DNA from: Nitrospirota bacterium
Lineage (GTDB): Bacteria > Nitrospirota > Nitrospiria > Nitrospirales > Nitrospiraceae
NCBI GenBank assembly: GCA_963701855.1
Contig: CAVPBK010000008.1
Span: 1 to 60,537, forward strand
DNA: 60,537 nt
Direction of reading: 5' to 3'
In this document: in pieces, positions 28,478 to 38,817 of the stretch
Position numbering within the stretch: position 1 is the first letter of the stretch
How the letters are laid out: each line of letters starts with the position of its first letter
Made by a program: the position numbers and the translations under genes
Notes under the pieces: generated by a model
Databases searched by the model: none
Seen by the model: the letters and a program-made list of their open reading frames with translations, nothing else
What the model was told of the DNA's origin: nothing

Positions 28478-30651
28478 GCTTCCTCCTTAGGCACTTGTGT
28501 GGCAGGGTGGGGAATGATGTCTATTCCGTTCCTGCCGTGACTTTTGACACGATACAGAGCGTAGTCAGCCATCTTGCGCAAAAGATCCGAGTTCAATGGG
28601 TGTTCGGATGACCAGACCGTTGCTCCAATGCTCACTGTAATGGCAAGCGGCCCGTTCGGTGTAGCAAACGGCAAGTCGCTGATGGACGACCGAAAGCGTT
28701 CAGCACACTCACGTAATGCGTCCTGGTCACAATTGGGAACAACAATCAAAAACTCTTCTCCACCTATGCGCCCGACGTGATCGTAGCGACGTGCGGTTTC
28801 GCGGAGGCGCGTTGCGGCTTCTTGAAGGACGACATCGCCTACGAGATGTCCATAGGTATCGTTGACCTGCTTGAAATGGTCGAGGTCGGCGATAAGAACC
28901 GCAAATGGTTGCTGGCTTCGTTCAGCCCGCGATAGCTCCTGCATTAAAACCGTAAGCGTCGTCGAATGATTCAGAAGCCCCGTCAAGGAATCACGGGTGG
29001 CCTGTTCCTTGGAATCGTGGAGGAGTTGCAGATTCTGAATAGCCGTACCGGCCTGAGAGGCAAGGGTCAGCACAACCAGTTCGTCCAGTTCGCTGAAGTT
29101 GTCCGCGAGGCCGTGCGGCGTTATTTTATTGGCGAGAGAAAGGTGGCCGAAGAATTGGTCGTGGCATCGAATCGGCACGCCGAGAAACGACTTCATGGGG
29201 ACCTGATCTAGGGGAAGCCCGAGGGCGGCCCAGTGCGCTGTGAGATGAGCCAGGCGAAGGATGCCGTCTCCTTGTCCAAGAGATTCCCGCGACGCCTGAT
29301 CGAATGGAAACAGCTGAATGGCGCGGCCCGCTGCCTCATCGATTCCGGCAGTCAAGAACTGTATCGCTGCGTGCGTAGTGCCTTCGTAGACCATTAAGGC
29401 CGCATAGCGCGCGCCGGTATTCTCCTTCGCGAGATGAAGGAGCTGGCGCAGCAATCCGTCGATGTTTTGCTGGGTAGCTAAGCTCTGTGCGGACACGACC
29501 AATGCATGAAGGGTCTCCGTCCTTTTTCTAAGCGCCGTTTCTGCGTCGGCCGCTCGTTGGTACTCATGTTTCGTGGTGTGCCATTCTTCGTGCAGAGTCT
29601 TGATCATTCCCAACACAAGACCGAGCAAAGGAAGGAGAATCAGAATGGCCAGAACCAGCAATTTCCAGAGAAACGACTGAACGGGGGCAAGAATATTATC
29701 CCGGTCTACCCGAATTATGATGCCCCAATGCTGGGTCGGGTAGGCATGAGCAATGGTGACTTGCGCATAAGCGGTGATGACGGAGGTTCCGCGATGAAGA
29801 TGCGTTTCCTCGATGAAACCCTTTGCGTACATACCCACACGTGTTGCCAAAGGGAGACCGGGTTGTTTGAGGTGATCTTCCATTCGTATCGTTGAGTCGG
29901 CGATCAGATCCCCCTTCTCGTTGATGACTTGATATTCAACATCCGACAGTTCTGTCCATTCGGAGCTCTTAAGCAGTTGTATTGTATTCTCAAGGATGTT
30001 TATCAATGAGGGGACGCTCACTACCGCCGCAATTGCGCCGAGAAATTGTCCGTCGGAACTGTGCAGGGGAGCAATCACAGTGATTGCCAAGGCCCCTCCG
30101 GATTTCTCACTCACCTGCGCATCAAGAATCCTGGCGTCGGTGAGGGTACGTGCCTGTTGAAACCAGAAGTGTTGGCTCTGATCGGAAGAGGTGTCCAACG
30201 GATCAGTTGCCGCAATCACCCTGCCATGCAAGTCGGTGACGCCAATCCATTGATAGGCCGGGTGGGCGCGCACAAGCTCACGGAGATATCTCGTCAGCGC
30301 CTCAGGGTTTTGACCCTGTGCCATCGGAGTCGTGGAGAGTAACTGGATGTCGCGGTATCGCTCCAGGATCATCGTATCCAATTTGCCGGCGGCATTCGTG
30401 GCTGTTTGTACCAGGCGCTGGCCGCTGGTTTGGATTAATCCCTGTTGCACGGTGTATGCGGTCCATCCCAGGCAGAGGAGCGTCACGAGTGCAATGACGG
30501 CAGCCGAGGAAATAATCCACATGGTGGGATGACTGTTCATCCACACAGGAAATCGATTTGTGGTAATCGAAATGCGAGACGACGTACTCACGGGAGCGGG
30601 TGGAACCCTGGTAGGGTCAGGAGTGGCAGCGATGTCGATCTGATTTTTCAT
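28471..30651 (-). CDS. Membrane diguanylate cyclase (Cache-like sensor, GAF, GGDEF)
   Basis: 2 TM segments, DSLTGLLN, DLDHFKQVNDTYGH, RxxD I-site, GGEEF. Confidence 0.93.
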   Translation of the reverse strand: MKNQIDIAATPDPTRVPPAPVSTSSRISITTNRFPVWMNSHPTMWIISSAAVIALVTLLCLGWTAYTVQQGLIQTSGQRLVQTATNAAGKLDTMILERYRDIQLLSTTPMAQGQNPEALTRYLRELVRAHPAYQWIGVTDLHGRVIAATDPLDTSSDQSQHFWFQQARTLTDARILDAQVSEKSGGALAITVIAPLHSSDGQFLGAIAAVVSVPSLINILENTIQLLKSSEWTELSDVEYQVINEKGDLIADSTIRMEDHLKQPGLPLATRVGMYAKGFIEETHLHRGTSVITAYAQVTIAHAYPTQHWGIIIRVDRDNILAPVQSFLWKLLVLAILILLPLLGLVLGMIKTLHEEWHTTKHEYQRAADAETALRKRTETLHALVVSAQSLATQQNIDGLLRQLLHLAKENTGARYAALMVYEGTTHAAIQFLTAGIDEAAGRAIQLFPFDQASRESLGQGDGILRLAHLTAHWAALGLPLDQVPMKSFLGVPIRCHDQFFGHLSLANKITPHGLADNFSELDELVVLTLASQAGTAIQNLQLLHDSKEQATRDSLTGLLNHSTTLTVLMQELSRAERSQQPFAVLIADLDHFKQVNDTYGHLVGDVVLQEAATRLRETARRYDHVGRIGGEEFLIVVPNCDQDALRECAERFRSSISDLPFATPNGPLAITVSIGATVWSSEHPLNSDLLRKMADYALYRVKSHGRNGIDIIPHPATQVPKEEAC

Positions 30652-31022
30652 TCAAGTCAAGCTATGGCGTTTTATTGCGAGACGTTCTCCGTAAGGCTGC
30701 GATAATCATAAAGTAAGGAATAGGCAAAGCAAGAAAAGTGCTGATTGTCGCTACGGTTAATACCCCATATTGCTTGACTACAAGATGAAACGCGAGAGTA
30801 TTGTAGAGATTCTGAGGCGCGAAACACTCGATGGTCAGGACATCTTAATAGGTTACATGTAAAATGAACTGTTGGACGTATGCAGGAGGGGATCGACTGG
30901 ACCGTCCATTCGTATGAGAAAAGCATCAATGCATGTGGAGAGAGTGTGTGTTGAGAATGAATCAGAGTCCCTCGTTGTCGTTCCCATATCCATTCAACAG
31001 TGACCATTAAGAAGAGGCTGCA

Positions 31023-32576
31023 GTGACTTTATCCCCGTGGACGGCCAAGTTGCGCGAGTGGCAAGCTCGCGCAGTGTCCGGAGTTCTCACCCATGCGCGT
31101 CCTGATTTCCTTGCTACAGCAACACCTGCTTCAGGGAAAACGCGCTTTGCCCTGCGTATTGCCCATCAGTATCTGGCCGATCGAGTGGCCAGTCGCGTTC
31201 TGGTTATCTGTCCGACCAACCACCTGCGTACACAGTGGGCGGCCGCCGCCGGATTGGCAGGAATTCACCTGGATCCTGCGCTGACAAACGAGCAGGCCAT
31301 CGAAGCCCGTGACTATCATGGCGCAGTCGTGACCTATCAGCAAGTCTGTCTCGCTCCGGAGGTGTTTCAGCGCGCCTGCCGGAGTCGGCCCACGCTGCTC
31401 ATCTTCGACGAGTTGCACCATGCAGGCGAGGGCAAGGATTGGGGCAACGCGCTGCGGGAAGCGTTTGAAGAGGCGGTCTTTCGCCTGGCCTTATCGGGTA
31501 CCCCCTTTCGCTCCGACAACAATCCGATTCCCTACGTGCGGTATGAGCAGGGCGAGAGTCAGGCCGACTTCACCTATGGGTATGCCGAAGCGATTCGCGA
31601 AAATGTCTGCCGCCCGATTCTCTTTCCGAGTTATGAGGGAGAACTGGCGTGGCTCTCGGAGGGTCGCGAACATCGGGCGACGTTCGAGGATGGACTCACC
31701 TTCGAGCTACAGCGGGAGCGGCTTAAGACCGCGCTATTGCAAGATAGTTGGCTGGGCCCGGTCATTAAGGATGCTCACGACGAGTTACGCCGGCTCCGCA
31801 AGCAGGAACAGCAGGATGCCGGCGGGCTTATCGTCGCGATGAATCAGGACCATGCTCGGCAAGTGGCAGAGTTGGTGGGGCGTATCACGGGCAGCCGCGC
31901 GCACGTAGCCGTTTCCGACGATCCATCGGCTTCGAAGACGATCTCCACGTTCGCGAAGCATAAGACCCAGCAATGGCTTGTTGCGGTGAACATGGTAAGC
32001 GAAGGCGTCGATATTCCGAGGCTCCGTGTCGGCGTCTATGCCACGAACGTTCTGACTGAGATGTATTTCCGCCAGGTCGTCGGGCGATTCATCCGGATGC
32101 AGGATGGACTGCCGCAACCGCAGCGGGCCTGGCTGTATCTGCCAAAGGACGCCACCCTCGTCCACTATGCCAAACAGATCAAGGCGGAACGCGACCATGT
32201 CCTGGAAGAGATCATGCCCCCTGCGCAGCGAACGCTCTTTGGTACGGCTGCCACCTCGCTGAAAGAATATATGCCTTTGCACGGGGTAGCTCGGATGGAT
32301 GCACTGATTGGGGGAGAGGATGTGGAATCAGACGGCCAGGGCAAGGGCGTACCAGAGCCGATAGTGGCGCTCCATGACAAGAAGAACGAATTGCGAGACC
32401 AGCATCGTACCCTCGTCGGCACCGTGGCGCGAAAGGCCGGAATCGATCATCGCCAACTCAATGCAGAACTCATCAAGCGAACCGGCGGCCGGGTCGATCA
32501 GGCGACCATCGCGCAGCTGGAACGCCGAATTGCGCTCCTAGAAAAATGGCGGGATTCAGGCTTTGAGAGGGTGTGA
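31023..32576 (+). CDS. SF2 DEAD/DEAH-box helicase-like protein
   Basis: ATPASGKT, DELHH, LSGTP, EGVDIP, QVVGRFIR. Confidence 0.92.
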   Translation: MTLSPWTAKLREWQARAVSGVLTHARPDFLATATPASGKTRFALRIAHQYLADRVASRVLVICPTNHLRTQWAAAAGLAGIHLDPALTNEQAIEARDYHGAVVTYQQVCLAPEVFQRACRSRPTLLIFDELHHAGEGKDWGNALREAFEEAVFRLALSGTPFRSDNNPIPYVRYEQGESQADFTYGYAEAIRENVCRPILFPSYEGELAWLSEGREHRATFEDGLTFELQRERLKTALLQDSWLGPVIKDAHDELRRLRKQEQQDAGGLIVAMNQDHARQVAELVGRITGSRAHVAVSDDPSASKTISTFAKHKTQQWLVAVNMVSEGVDIPRLRVGVYATNVLTEMYFRQVVGRFIRMQDGLPQPQRAWLYLPKDATLVHYAKQIKAERDHVLEEIMPPAQRTLFGTAATSLKEYMPLHGVARMDALIGGEDVESDGQGKGVPEPIVALHDKKNELRDQHRTLVGTVARKAGIDHRQLNAELIKRTGGRVDQATIAQLERRIALLEKWRDSGFERV

Positions 32577-32579
32577 GCA

Positions 32580-32672
32580 CGAGACATACGAGAAAAGCGC
32601 GATCCGAAGTTTGGGGTTCGAAGTCCCAAAAACCTCGAAGCCTCGCTCGTCCCGCCAGTCCCGTTCGCCATC
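32580..32672. repeat. Intergenic imperfect palindromic repeat
   Basis: Core CGAAGTTTGGGGTTCGAAGTCCCAAAAACCTCG resembles 39766-39800; purine-rich and pyrimidine-rich arms. Confidence 0.5.
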
Positions 32673-32712
32673 CTGTCAACAACACATTCTAGGATTTAAT
32701 ATCCAAAAGGTT

Positions 32713-33081
32713 TTACTGAACAGTACTGATGTGCAGGCCGCCCGGGGCAGGGGGAGCTTTCAGGGGAGGTGTTGGGGGAGATCCGGCCGGTATGAAGGTC
32801 GCGATGTTGCTACTACCTGATTCAAGATTACCATTGTCATATGCCGTAATGAAGTAGTACTGGGTCACTGCCGGCGTTCCGATATTGAAACTTGTCACCT
32901 TTCCCAACGTGGCCAGATGAGACGCGGTGCCGGATGTCTGCGTGCAGGGTTGCCGACCGCACTGATAGACGCGATATCCCGCTAGATCCGGTTCACTGTT
33001 GGCATTCCACGTCAATGTGGCGCCCCACGCAGTACTCGACCATAACACGAGAGCACCGACGATAGCCTTTACACAGTTCAT
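32713..33081 (-). CDS. Exported fibronectin type III-like protein
   Basis: Signal peptide; LTWNANSEPDLAGYRVY...YYFITAYD..GNLES. Confidence 0.85.
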   Translation of the reverse strand: MNCVKAIVGALVLWSSTAWGATLTWNANSEPDLAGYRVYQCGRQPCTQTSGTASHLATLGKVTSFNIGTPAVTQYYFITAYDNGNLESGSSNIATFIPAGSPPTPPLKAPPAPGGLHISTVQ

Positions 33082-33238
33082 GCAATTACTCCCTTGTTTT
33101 CTCCCCGGCACCAGGCAGATCTTTCCCGGAGAAGCAAACTCCTCACATACAAGAGTCTATGTCGGATTACTCAACTGACTTGGCCACCCAGAGAAAGATT
33201 GAAGAGGGCAATCATTTACTTCTTCACTGTGACAACTA

Positions 33239-33254
33239 GGCAAGGTGCGTGCCG
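33239..33254 (-). promoter_or_regulatory. sigma54 -24/-12 promoter
   Basis: CGGCACGCACCTTGCC (GG-N10-GC) upstream of the FN3 gene. Confidence 0.7.
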
Positions 33255-33490
33255 TTGCAGGAGGAAGCTGGCAGGAACAAAAACCTGAAAAATAGTGATG
33301 GAAAGAAAAAGGTAGACGGTGGATGCAGGGAGACTGTAGGAAATTGCGGCAGATACCTAAGCAATCTTAGTATTTCTAGAAGGATAGATGATGCAGTTAT
33401 TTGCCTACAGGTATAACAGTGAAAAGAGCAGCGTGCCCATAATGGAAAAGAACGATCCCGCTCCTACATGGTCGTTGGCTTGCTAGATCT

Positions 33491-35107
33491 CTATTTTTCG
33501 ACTTCCTCCCGTAACTGAAACTTGAGGGGGGTGTATTCCTTCATGCAGTAGGCAAGCAGCCGTTCGGAGCCGAAGAGCATGACCATGTGGCCGTCCTTGT
33601 CCACGAGACGGCGCGTATCCTGCGGCCAATAGATCCGGGCGATCACGTCGGGATCTCCCGTCACCCAGCGAGCCAGGGCAAAGGGCATCCGCTCGACGAG
33701 AGTCTTAACCCCATATTCGGTCTCGAGGCGTGAGGCGACGACATCGAATTGAAGTTCTCCCACGGCAGCCAAGACCGGCTCACGCCGCACATGATCGGGT
33801 GAATAAAACACCTGCATCACTCCTTCTTCTTCGAGCTGCTGGAGTCCTTTCTGAAACTGTTTCTGCTTCGTCAGATCCTGGCTCCGAAGCACACCGAAGC
33901 ATTCAGGGGGAAATTGTGGAATCGCATCGAAGGAACGTGGAGTGCCGGAGCAGAGAGTATCGCCGATAGCAAAGAGGCCAGGATTCACAAGCCCCACGAC
34001 GTCGCCAGGGTAGGCCTCCTCAATCGTCTCTCGATCACGACCGAAGAGCCGATGCGGTCGCGTCATCCGGATCTTCCTATCCAGCCGCGCATGATAGACC
34101 ATCATGTCCTTCTCGAAGCGGCCAGATACGATACGTAAAAATGCCATCCGATCGCGATGTAGTGGATCCATATTCGCCTGTATCTTGAATACAAAGCCGG
34201 CGAACTTCTCGTCTGTCGGCAGCACCAACCCTTCCGAACTCATGCGCGGTCCTGGGGGTGGCGCGAGTTGGAGGAAGGCGTTCAGAAACGGCTCGACTCC
34301 GAAGTTCGTTAGCGCGCTCCCGAAGAAGACTGGCGTGAGTTGTCCGGCGAGAAAGTGGCTGCGATCGAACTTCGTCCCCGCGCCAGTCACCAGGGCGATC
34401 TCTTCCTGCAGTGGACCATAGGCTTCTCCGAGCGTCTCTGCCAGGCTTGGGTGTGGGAACGTTTCCACTCTCATCGGCGCCCGGCGCTGGTTATGCAGCG
34501 TCCGTTGAAAAAACAAGACTTGAGGTTCTTGAAGATCGTACAGCCCCTGAAAGCCTGATCCCTCACCGATGGGCCAATTGAAAGGGACCGCCGTCATGCC
34601 CAAGGTCTGCTCAATCTCTTCTAGCAGTTCGTACGGGTGGCGCCCAGGCAGATCCATCTTGTTGATGAAGGTCATGATCGGGATGTTGCGCTTGCGACAG
34701 ACCGCGAACAGTTTCTTGGTCTGAGGCTCGATGCCCTTGGCGCAGTCGAGCACCATGACTGCGCTGTCCACCGCCATGAGAGTGCGATAGGTGTCTTCAC
34801 TAAAGTCTTGGTGGCCCGGTGTATCGAGTAGATTCACTCGCACACCCTTATAATCAAACTGCAGAGCGGTGGAGGTGATCGAAATCCCGCGCGCCTGTTC
34901 CAACTCCATCCAGTCCGACTTCGCCGCACGCTGATGCGATCGAGCCTGCACCGCGCCGGCCAGGTGCACTGCGCCGGCGTACAAGAGGAGTTTCTCGGTC
35001 AGCGTAGTTTTCCCCGCGTCCGGGTGCGAAATAATGGCAAACGTGCGCCGCCTGGCCACTTCTCGTGCCAATTCATCGGACGACGACTTCTCAATCGGCA
35101 AAGACAT
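33491..35107 (-). CDS. prfC: Peptide chain release factor 3
   Basis: RRRTFAIISHPDAGKTT, DTPGHQDFSEDTYR, AVGELQFDV. Confidence 0.97.
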   Translation of the reverse strand: MSLPIEKSSSDELAREVARRRTFAIISHPDAGKTTLTEKLLLYAGAVHLAGAVQARSHQRAAKSDWMELEQARGISITSTALQFDYKGVRVNLLDTPGHQDFSEDTYRTLMAVDSAVMVLDCAKGIEPQTKKLFAVCRKRNIPIMTFINKMDLPGRHPYELLEEIEQTLGMTAVPFNWPIGEGSGFQGLYDLQEPQVLFFQRTLHNQRRAPMRVETFPHPSLAETLGEAYGPLQEEIALVTGAGTKFDRSHFLAGQLTPVFFGSALTNFGVEPFLNAFLQLAPPPGPRMSSEGLVLPTDEKFAGFVFKIQANMDPLHRDRMAFLRIVSGRFEKDMMVYHARLDRKIRMTRPHRLFGRDRETIEEAYPGDVVGLVNPGLFAIGDTLCSGTPRSFDAIPQFPPECFGVLRSQDLTKQKQFQKGLQQLEEEGVMQVFYSPDHVRREPVLAAVGELQFDVVASRLETEYGVKTLVERMPFALARWVTGDPDVIARIYWPQDTRRLVDKDGHMVMLFGSERLLAYCMKEYTPLKFQLREEVEK

Positions 35108-35371
35108 AGACGTTCTTATCCTGAGCAAGATATCAGATGAGGTATTTGAGATATGTTTTAGCACCTGGGAGAGGAGAAAACCAGAAGAGGGGAGCGGCCC
35201 GGCCATCCATCCTGCTCGCAGAGGCCGCACGCTCAAAAGGTGCTCTCTGGAAGCGCTCAGTGGAGATGAATTATTGTTCCTCATTTGGAGTCCATCTCTC
35301 GACGAGTTGACGCCATCTGTAGAACGACGTAGCCTGTCACTGTCCCTTGAACCGAAGAAGGAGGAATCACC

Positions 35372-35698
35372 ATGGAATTTCAACCGTTACAGGATTGGGC
35401 ACTGATCGAACCGTCGGAGGCCAAGGGAAAAACCCCTGGGGGGTTGTTCATCCCGGATACGGCCAAGGAGAAACCGGTTGAAGGAACGGTCCTGGCCGTG
35501 GGGAACGGGCGCTGGGAAACACCGGAAAAGAAACAGGGCAATACACCTAAAAAGAAAGAGAAAAAGCTCTTCACGCCCACGGTTCTCAAACCTGGCGATC
35601 AGATACTCTACGAAAAATATGGAACGACCGAAATCGATCTGGACGGAAAGGAGCTTGTTCTGGTCCGCGAGTCCGACGTCCTGGGCTTGATGGGATAA
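35372..35698 (+). CDS. groES: Co-chaperonin GroES (no adjacent groEL)
   Basis: FQPLQD, TPGGLFIPDTAKEKP, LVRESDVLG. Confidence 0.93.
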   Translation: MEFQPLQDWALIEPSEAKGKTPGGLFIPDTAKEKPVEGTVLAVGNGRWETPEKKQGNTPKKKEKKLFTPTVLKPGDQILYEKYGTTEIDLDGKELVLVRESDVLGLMG

Positions 35699-36057
35699 GA
35701 AGGAGCGGTGAGGCTCCACCTGATCGAATACCCCATAAAGAGGTGTTGTTCTGGGGAAAGGGGCTGTTCCGCTGCGAGGGCGCCGAGGGAGGTCTTTGGG
35801 TGTGACTCTCGCCTGGTCTAACCAGTTGTCGTCGATCCGGCCCCGTAAGCCAGTCTCCTTTCCGGGCGACCTCATTGCGTAACTGTGCGCTGCCGCTGGA
35901 TAGAATCCAAGGCCATGGCTCGCTAACTTCGTGCGTGTCACGTCGCGCAATGGGCCTTGCATTACCTATTGCATTGACAATCTGTTGACAGGTTTGCTGG
36001 CAAGACAGTAGCCTGTCATCGTTTCCCGCTCCATTGTTCACCTCACAGGGTCATCGC

Positions 36058-37437
36058 ATGATTAAGCCTGAGACTACCACGCCGGATGCCGGCGAGCTTA
36101 TCCGGAAACTGCACGAGCGGCCACAGATGCTCTGGGCCGATTGGCTGCACGCCCCCGCGCACGTGCACTACAAAACATTTCGCATGAGCGACCCACCGGT
36201 GCAGCGGCCAGCGAGTCGTGACGAGTTCAGGTCTCTCTTGGAGGCCTTGAAGATTTCTGCAGACACGACGGTGATTCGAGACGCGTTTGGCTATGGCATG
36301 AAGAAGGCGGCGAACGGCGATCGGTTGATTGTGATCTGGCAAACGCACACGGAGTATTACAGTTATCAAATCTGGCATATTCCCTCCAACCACGCTGGGA
36401 GGGTGGCCTTTGGCCCGATGACCTTTCCTGACTATCGGTTTGCGGTTACACCGCTCGGTGCAGAAGTCTGCCATCTGGATATCGTGCTGCTGGTTGAGCC
36501 GTTGCCAGATAGTGAGGCGTTACGCCCACAATTTCCCGGCCCGGTCATGTATGGCAGCCGGATTCTCGATGAAGAGACTTCTCTGGTCACCAGCTTTACA
36601 CCGGACGAGCATGGACGCGAGCGCTATTGGGTTAGTGTAGGGTCTGGCAGATCCAGCAAGTCTCATCTGAAAGACATCGTCGATGCTATTGTCCGGATCG
36701 AAACCTACTACCACTTGTTACTCATGCAAAAGCCGTTGTTTTCGGCTGCGATCGATCAGGCCTACAAGTTCGAGCAGGTGCACTTGAAGCAGCGTGAAAT
36801 CATCAGCGAGCATATCGGTCACGCCGACGCCCCGGCCCTACAGCGGTGGCTCAATGGGCTGACACAAGATTGGTTAAAAACCACTCGGCTGTCCAGTAAG
36901 TTGCACTTCGAGCTGTCCGCCTCTGTTCCCTACGACAAGATTGTGCACCGGACGCTGGCATCACTTGACGAACGTACGCTCCCCCTCTACCGCCCGATGT
37001 CCGAGTTTGTCCTCAGCGGGATCACTGGGGTGGCGGAGGGCTATCAACAACTCTTGAAGCGAATGGACACGCTTCGTAGCAGCTTTGAAGGGACGATCTC
37101 TATTATTCGCGCACGCGTCGACCTCATGCTGCAATCTCAAAACCTGACGCTCTTGATGAGCGTCGACAAGACGACGAAGAGCCAGGCGATCCTCCAGTAC
37201 ACGGTCGAAGGTTTGTCGGTTATCGTGATTGCCTACTATCTCAGCGGGCTCATGGCCTATATCTTCAAGGCTCTTCAGGAGATGGGGTGGCTCCGAAGTG
37301 CGGATATTGCCGCGGCATTGTTCGTCCCGCTCTCGCTTGGTCTCGCATTGGGGATTACAATTCTCGGACGAAAACTTCTCCACAAGAAATTCTCTGGCGA
37401 ATCCGCTCCTCCGGCATCGGAGAAGCCGCAAGCCTAA
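36058..37437 (+). CDS. DUF3422-family membrane-anchored protein
   Basis: LHERP, WQTHTEY, IETYY, TVEGLSVIVIAYY, two C-terminal TMs. Confidence 0.8.
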   Translation: MIKPETTTPDAGELIRKLHERPQMLWADWLHAPAHVHYKTFRMSDPPVQRPASRDEFRSLLEALKISADTTVIRDAFGYGMKKAANGDRLIVIWQTHTEYYSYQIWHIPSNHAGRVAFGPMTFPDYRFAVTPLGAEVCHLDIVLLVEPLPDSEALRPQFPGPVMYGSRILDEETSLVTSFTPDEHGRERYWVSVGSGRSSKSHLKDIVDAIVRIETYYHLLLMQKPLFSAAIDQAYKFEQVHLKQREIISEHIGHADAPALQRWLNGLTQDWLKTTRLSSKLHFELSASVPYDKIVHRTLASLDERTLPLYRPMSEFVLSGITGVAEGYQQLLKRMDTLRSSFEGTISIIRARVDLMLQSQNLTLLMSVDKTTKSQAILQYTVEGLSVIVIAYYLSGLMAYIFKALQEMGWLRSADIAAALFVPLSLGLALGITILGRKLLHKKFSGESAPPASEKPQA

Positions 37438-37448
37438 TAATCAGAACA

Positions 37449-37507
37449 TTATTTGGTTTGTCTTGTTTGATTGGTTGAATGAAACTAACCAGATAAACCA
37501 AACAAGC
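37449..37507. repeat. 9-mer repeats in inverted arms, same family as 14963-15040
   Basis: TTATTTGGTTTGTCTTGTTTGATTGGTTGAATGAAACTAACCAGATAAACCAAACAAGC. Confidence 0.7.
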
Positions 37508-37580
37508 ATTTCCTGTTCATTTCTTGACGTTGCTCATTCGCCTGATACGATGCTGTTATCCTTACATGAGGCAGGTGTCC

Positions 37581-38600
37581 ATGATTTTTGTTACCGGCGG
37601 TGCTGGCTATATCGGTTCGCATACCTGCGTGGAACTACTCGATGCTAACTGTGATCTCACGGTCTTCGATAACTTCTCTAATAGCCACCCCGAGGCGCTG
37701 GCTCGGGTGGAACGTATTACAGGGAAAAAACTGCGATTGGTGCGTGGCGACATCCGCGATCGTGCGGCCTTGGTGGTGGCTCTGCGTGAGAGCGGGGCCA
37801 ATTCGGTTATTCACTTCGCCGGTCTCAAGGCCGTGGGGGAGTCGGTGACACAACCGCTGGACTACTACGACAATAACGTGGTCGGCACCCTGCGTTTGCT
37901 GGAGGCGATGGGGGAGTGCGGGGTGAAAACCCTGGTGTTCAGCTCCTCCGCCACCGTGTATGGCGATCCGATTCGGCTGCCACTGACTGAAGACCACCCA
38001 CTTTCCGCCACCAATCCCTATGGCCGCACAAAGCTGATGATTGAGGAAATTCTGCGTGATCTGCACCGCAGCGATCTGTCTTGGAAGATCGGCATTTTGC
38101 GTTATTTCAACCCGGCGGGTGCCCATGCCAGCGGTCTGATCGGGGAAGATCCTCAGGGTATCCCGAACAATTTACTGCCCGTCGTGGCGCAGGTAGCTGT
38201 TGGGCGACGAGCCTGTCTCAATGTCTGGGGGAACGATTATCTCACTCCGGATGGGACGGGGGTGCGGGATTATATTCATGTCGTGGATTTGGCCCTGGGG
38301 CACCTCAAAGCGCTGAAGACTCTGGAACGACTAGAGGAGAAGGCCGAGTGTCTAACCGTGAATCTTGGCACGGGTACTGGGTACAGCGTGCTGGATATCG
38401 TGCGGGCATTTGAGCAGGCAAGCGGACGGTCAGTGCCATACAAGATTGCGCCCAGGCGCCCCGGCGACATCGCCTCTTGCTATGCTGATCCGCAACGGGC
38501 GTTTGAGTTGTTGGACTGGAGGGCGGAACGTGGGATTGCCGCGATGTGCGCCGACGCCTGGCGCTGGCAGAGTGGCAATTCTAACGGATATGCAGGCTGA
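37581..38600 (+). CDS. galE: UDP-glucose 4-epimerase
   Basis: TGGAGYIGSH, FSSSATVYG, YGRTK, LRYFNP. Confidence 0.97.
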   Translation: MIFVTGGAGYIGSHTCVELLDANCDLTVFDNFSNSHPEALARVERITGKKLRLVRGDIRDRAALVVALRESGANSVIHFAGLKAVGESVTQPLDYYDNNVVGTLRLLEAMGECGVKTLVFSSSATVYGDPIRLPLTEDHPLSATNPYGRTKLMIEEILRDLHRSDLSWKIGILRYFNPAGAHASGLIGEDPQGIPNNLLPVVAQVAVGRRACLNVWGNDYLTPDGTGVRDYIHVVDLALGHLKALKTLERLEEKAECLTVNLGTGTGYSVLDIVRAFEQASGRSVPYKIAPRRPGDIASCYADPQRAFELLDWRAERGIAAMCADAWRWQSGNSNGYAG

Positions 38601-38817
38601 TTCAGATTCACTATTACTTCGCTCTCCACGTTCAACTCCCATTCGGTAGCTCGCCATACTCGTCTCGATATACAGGACAGATGGATGAGGCAGAAGAAAG
38701 CGGCACGCATGGAGTCGCACGCAGCGAATTAATCGAGATGGAATGTTTTGAAGCGACAGTGATGCTGGTTCAGGTTGCGACGGCGGTGATCAATGTGCGC
38801 AGCAAGTAGGAGGCCGG

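Noticed and set aside
35108..35383. 92-aa N-terminal extension of PrfC
   Set aside because: It spans the divergent promoter region and overlaps groES; family similarity begins near MSLPIEK.
35700..36030. Possible structured RNA (SRP-like CCGGAAAGGAG on the minus strand)
   Set aside because: The SRP consensus and long helix are not met; no supportable call.
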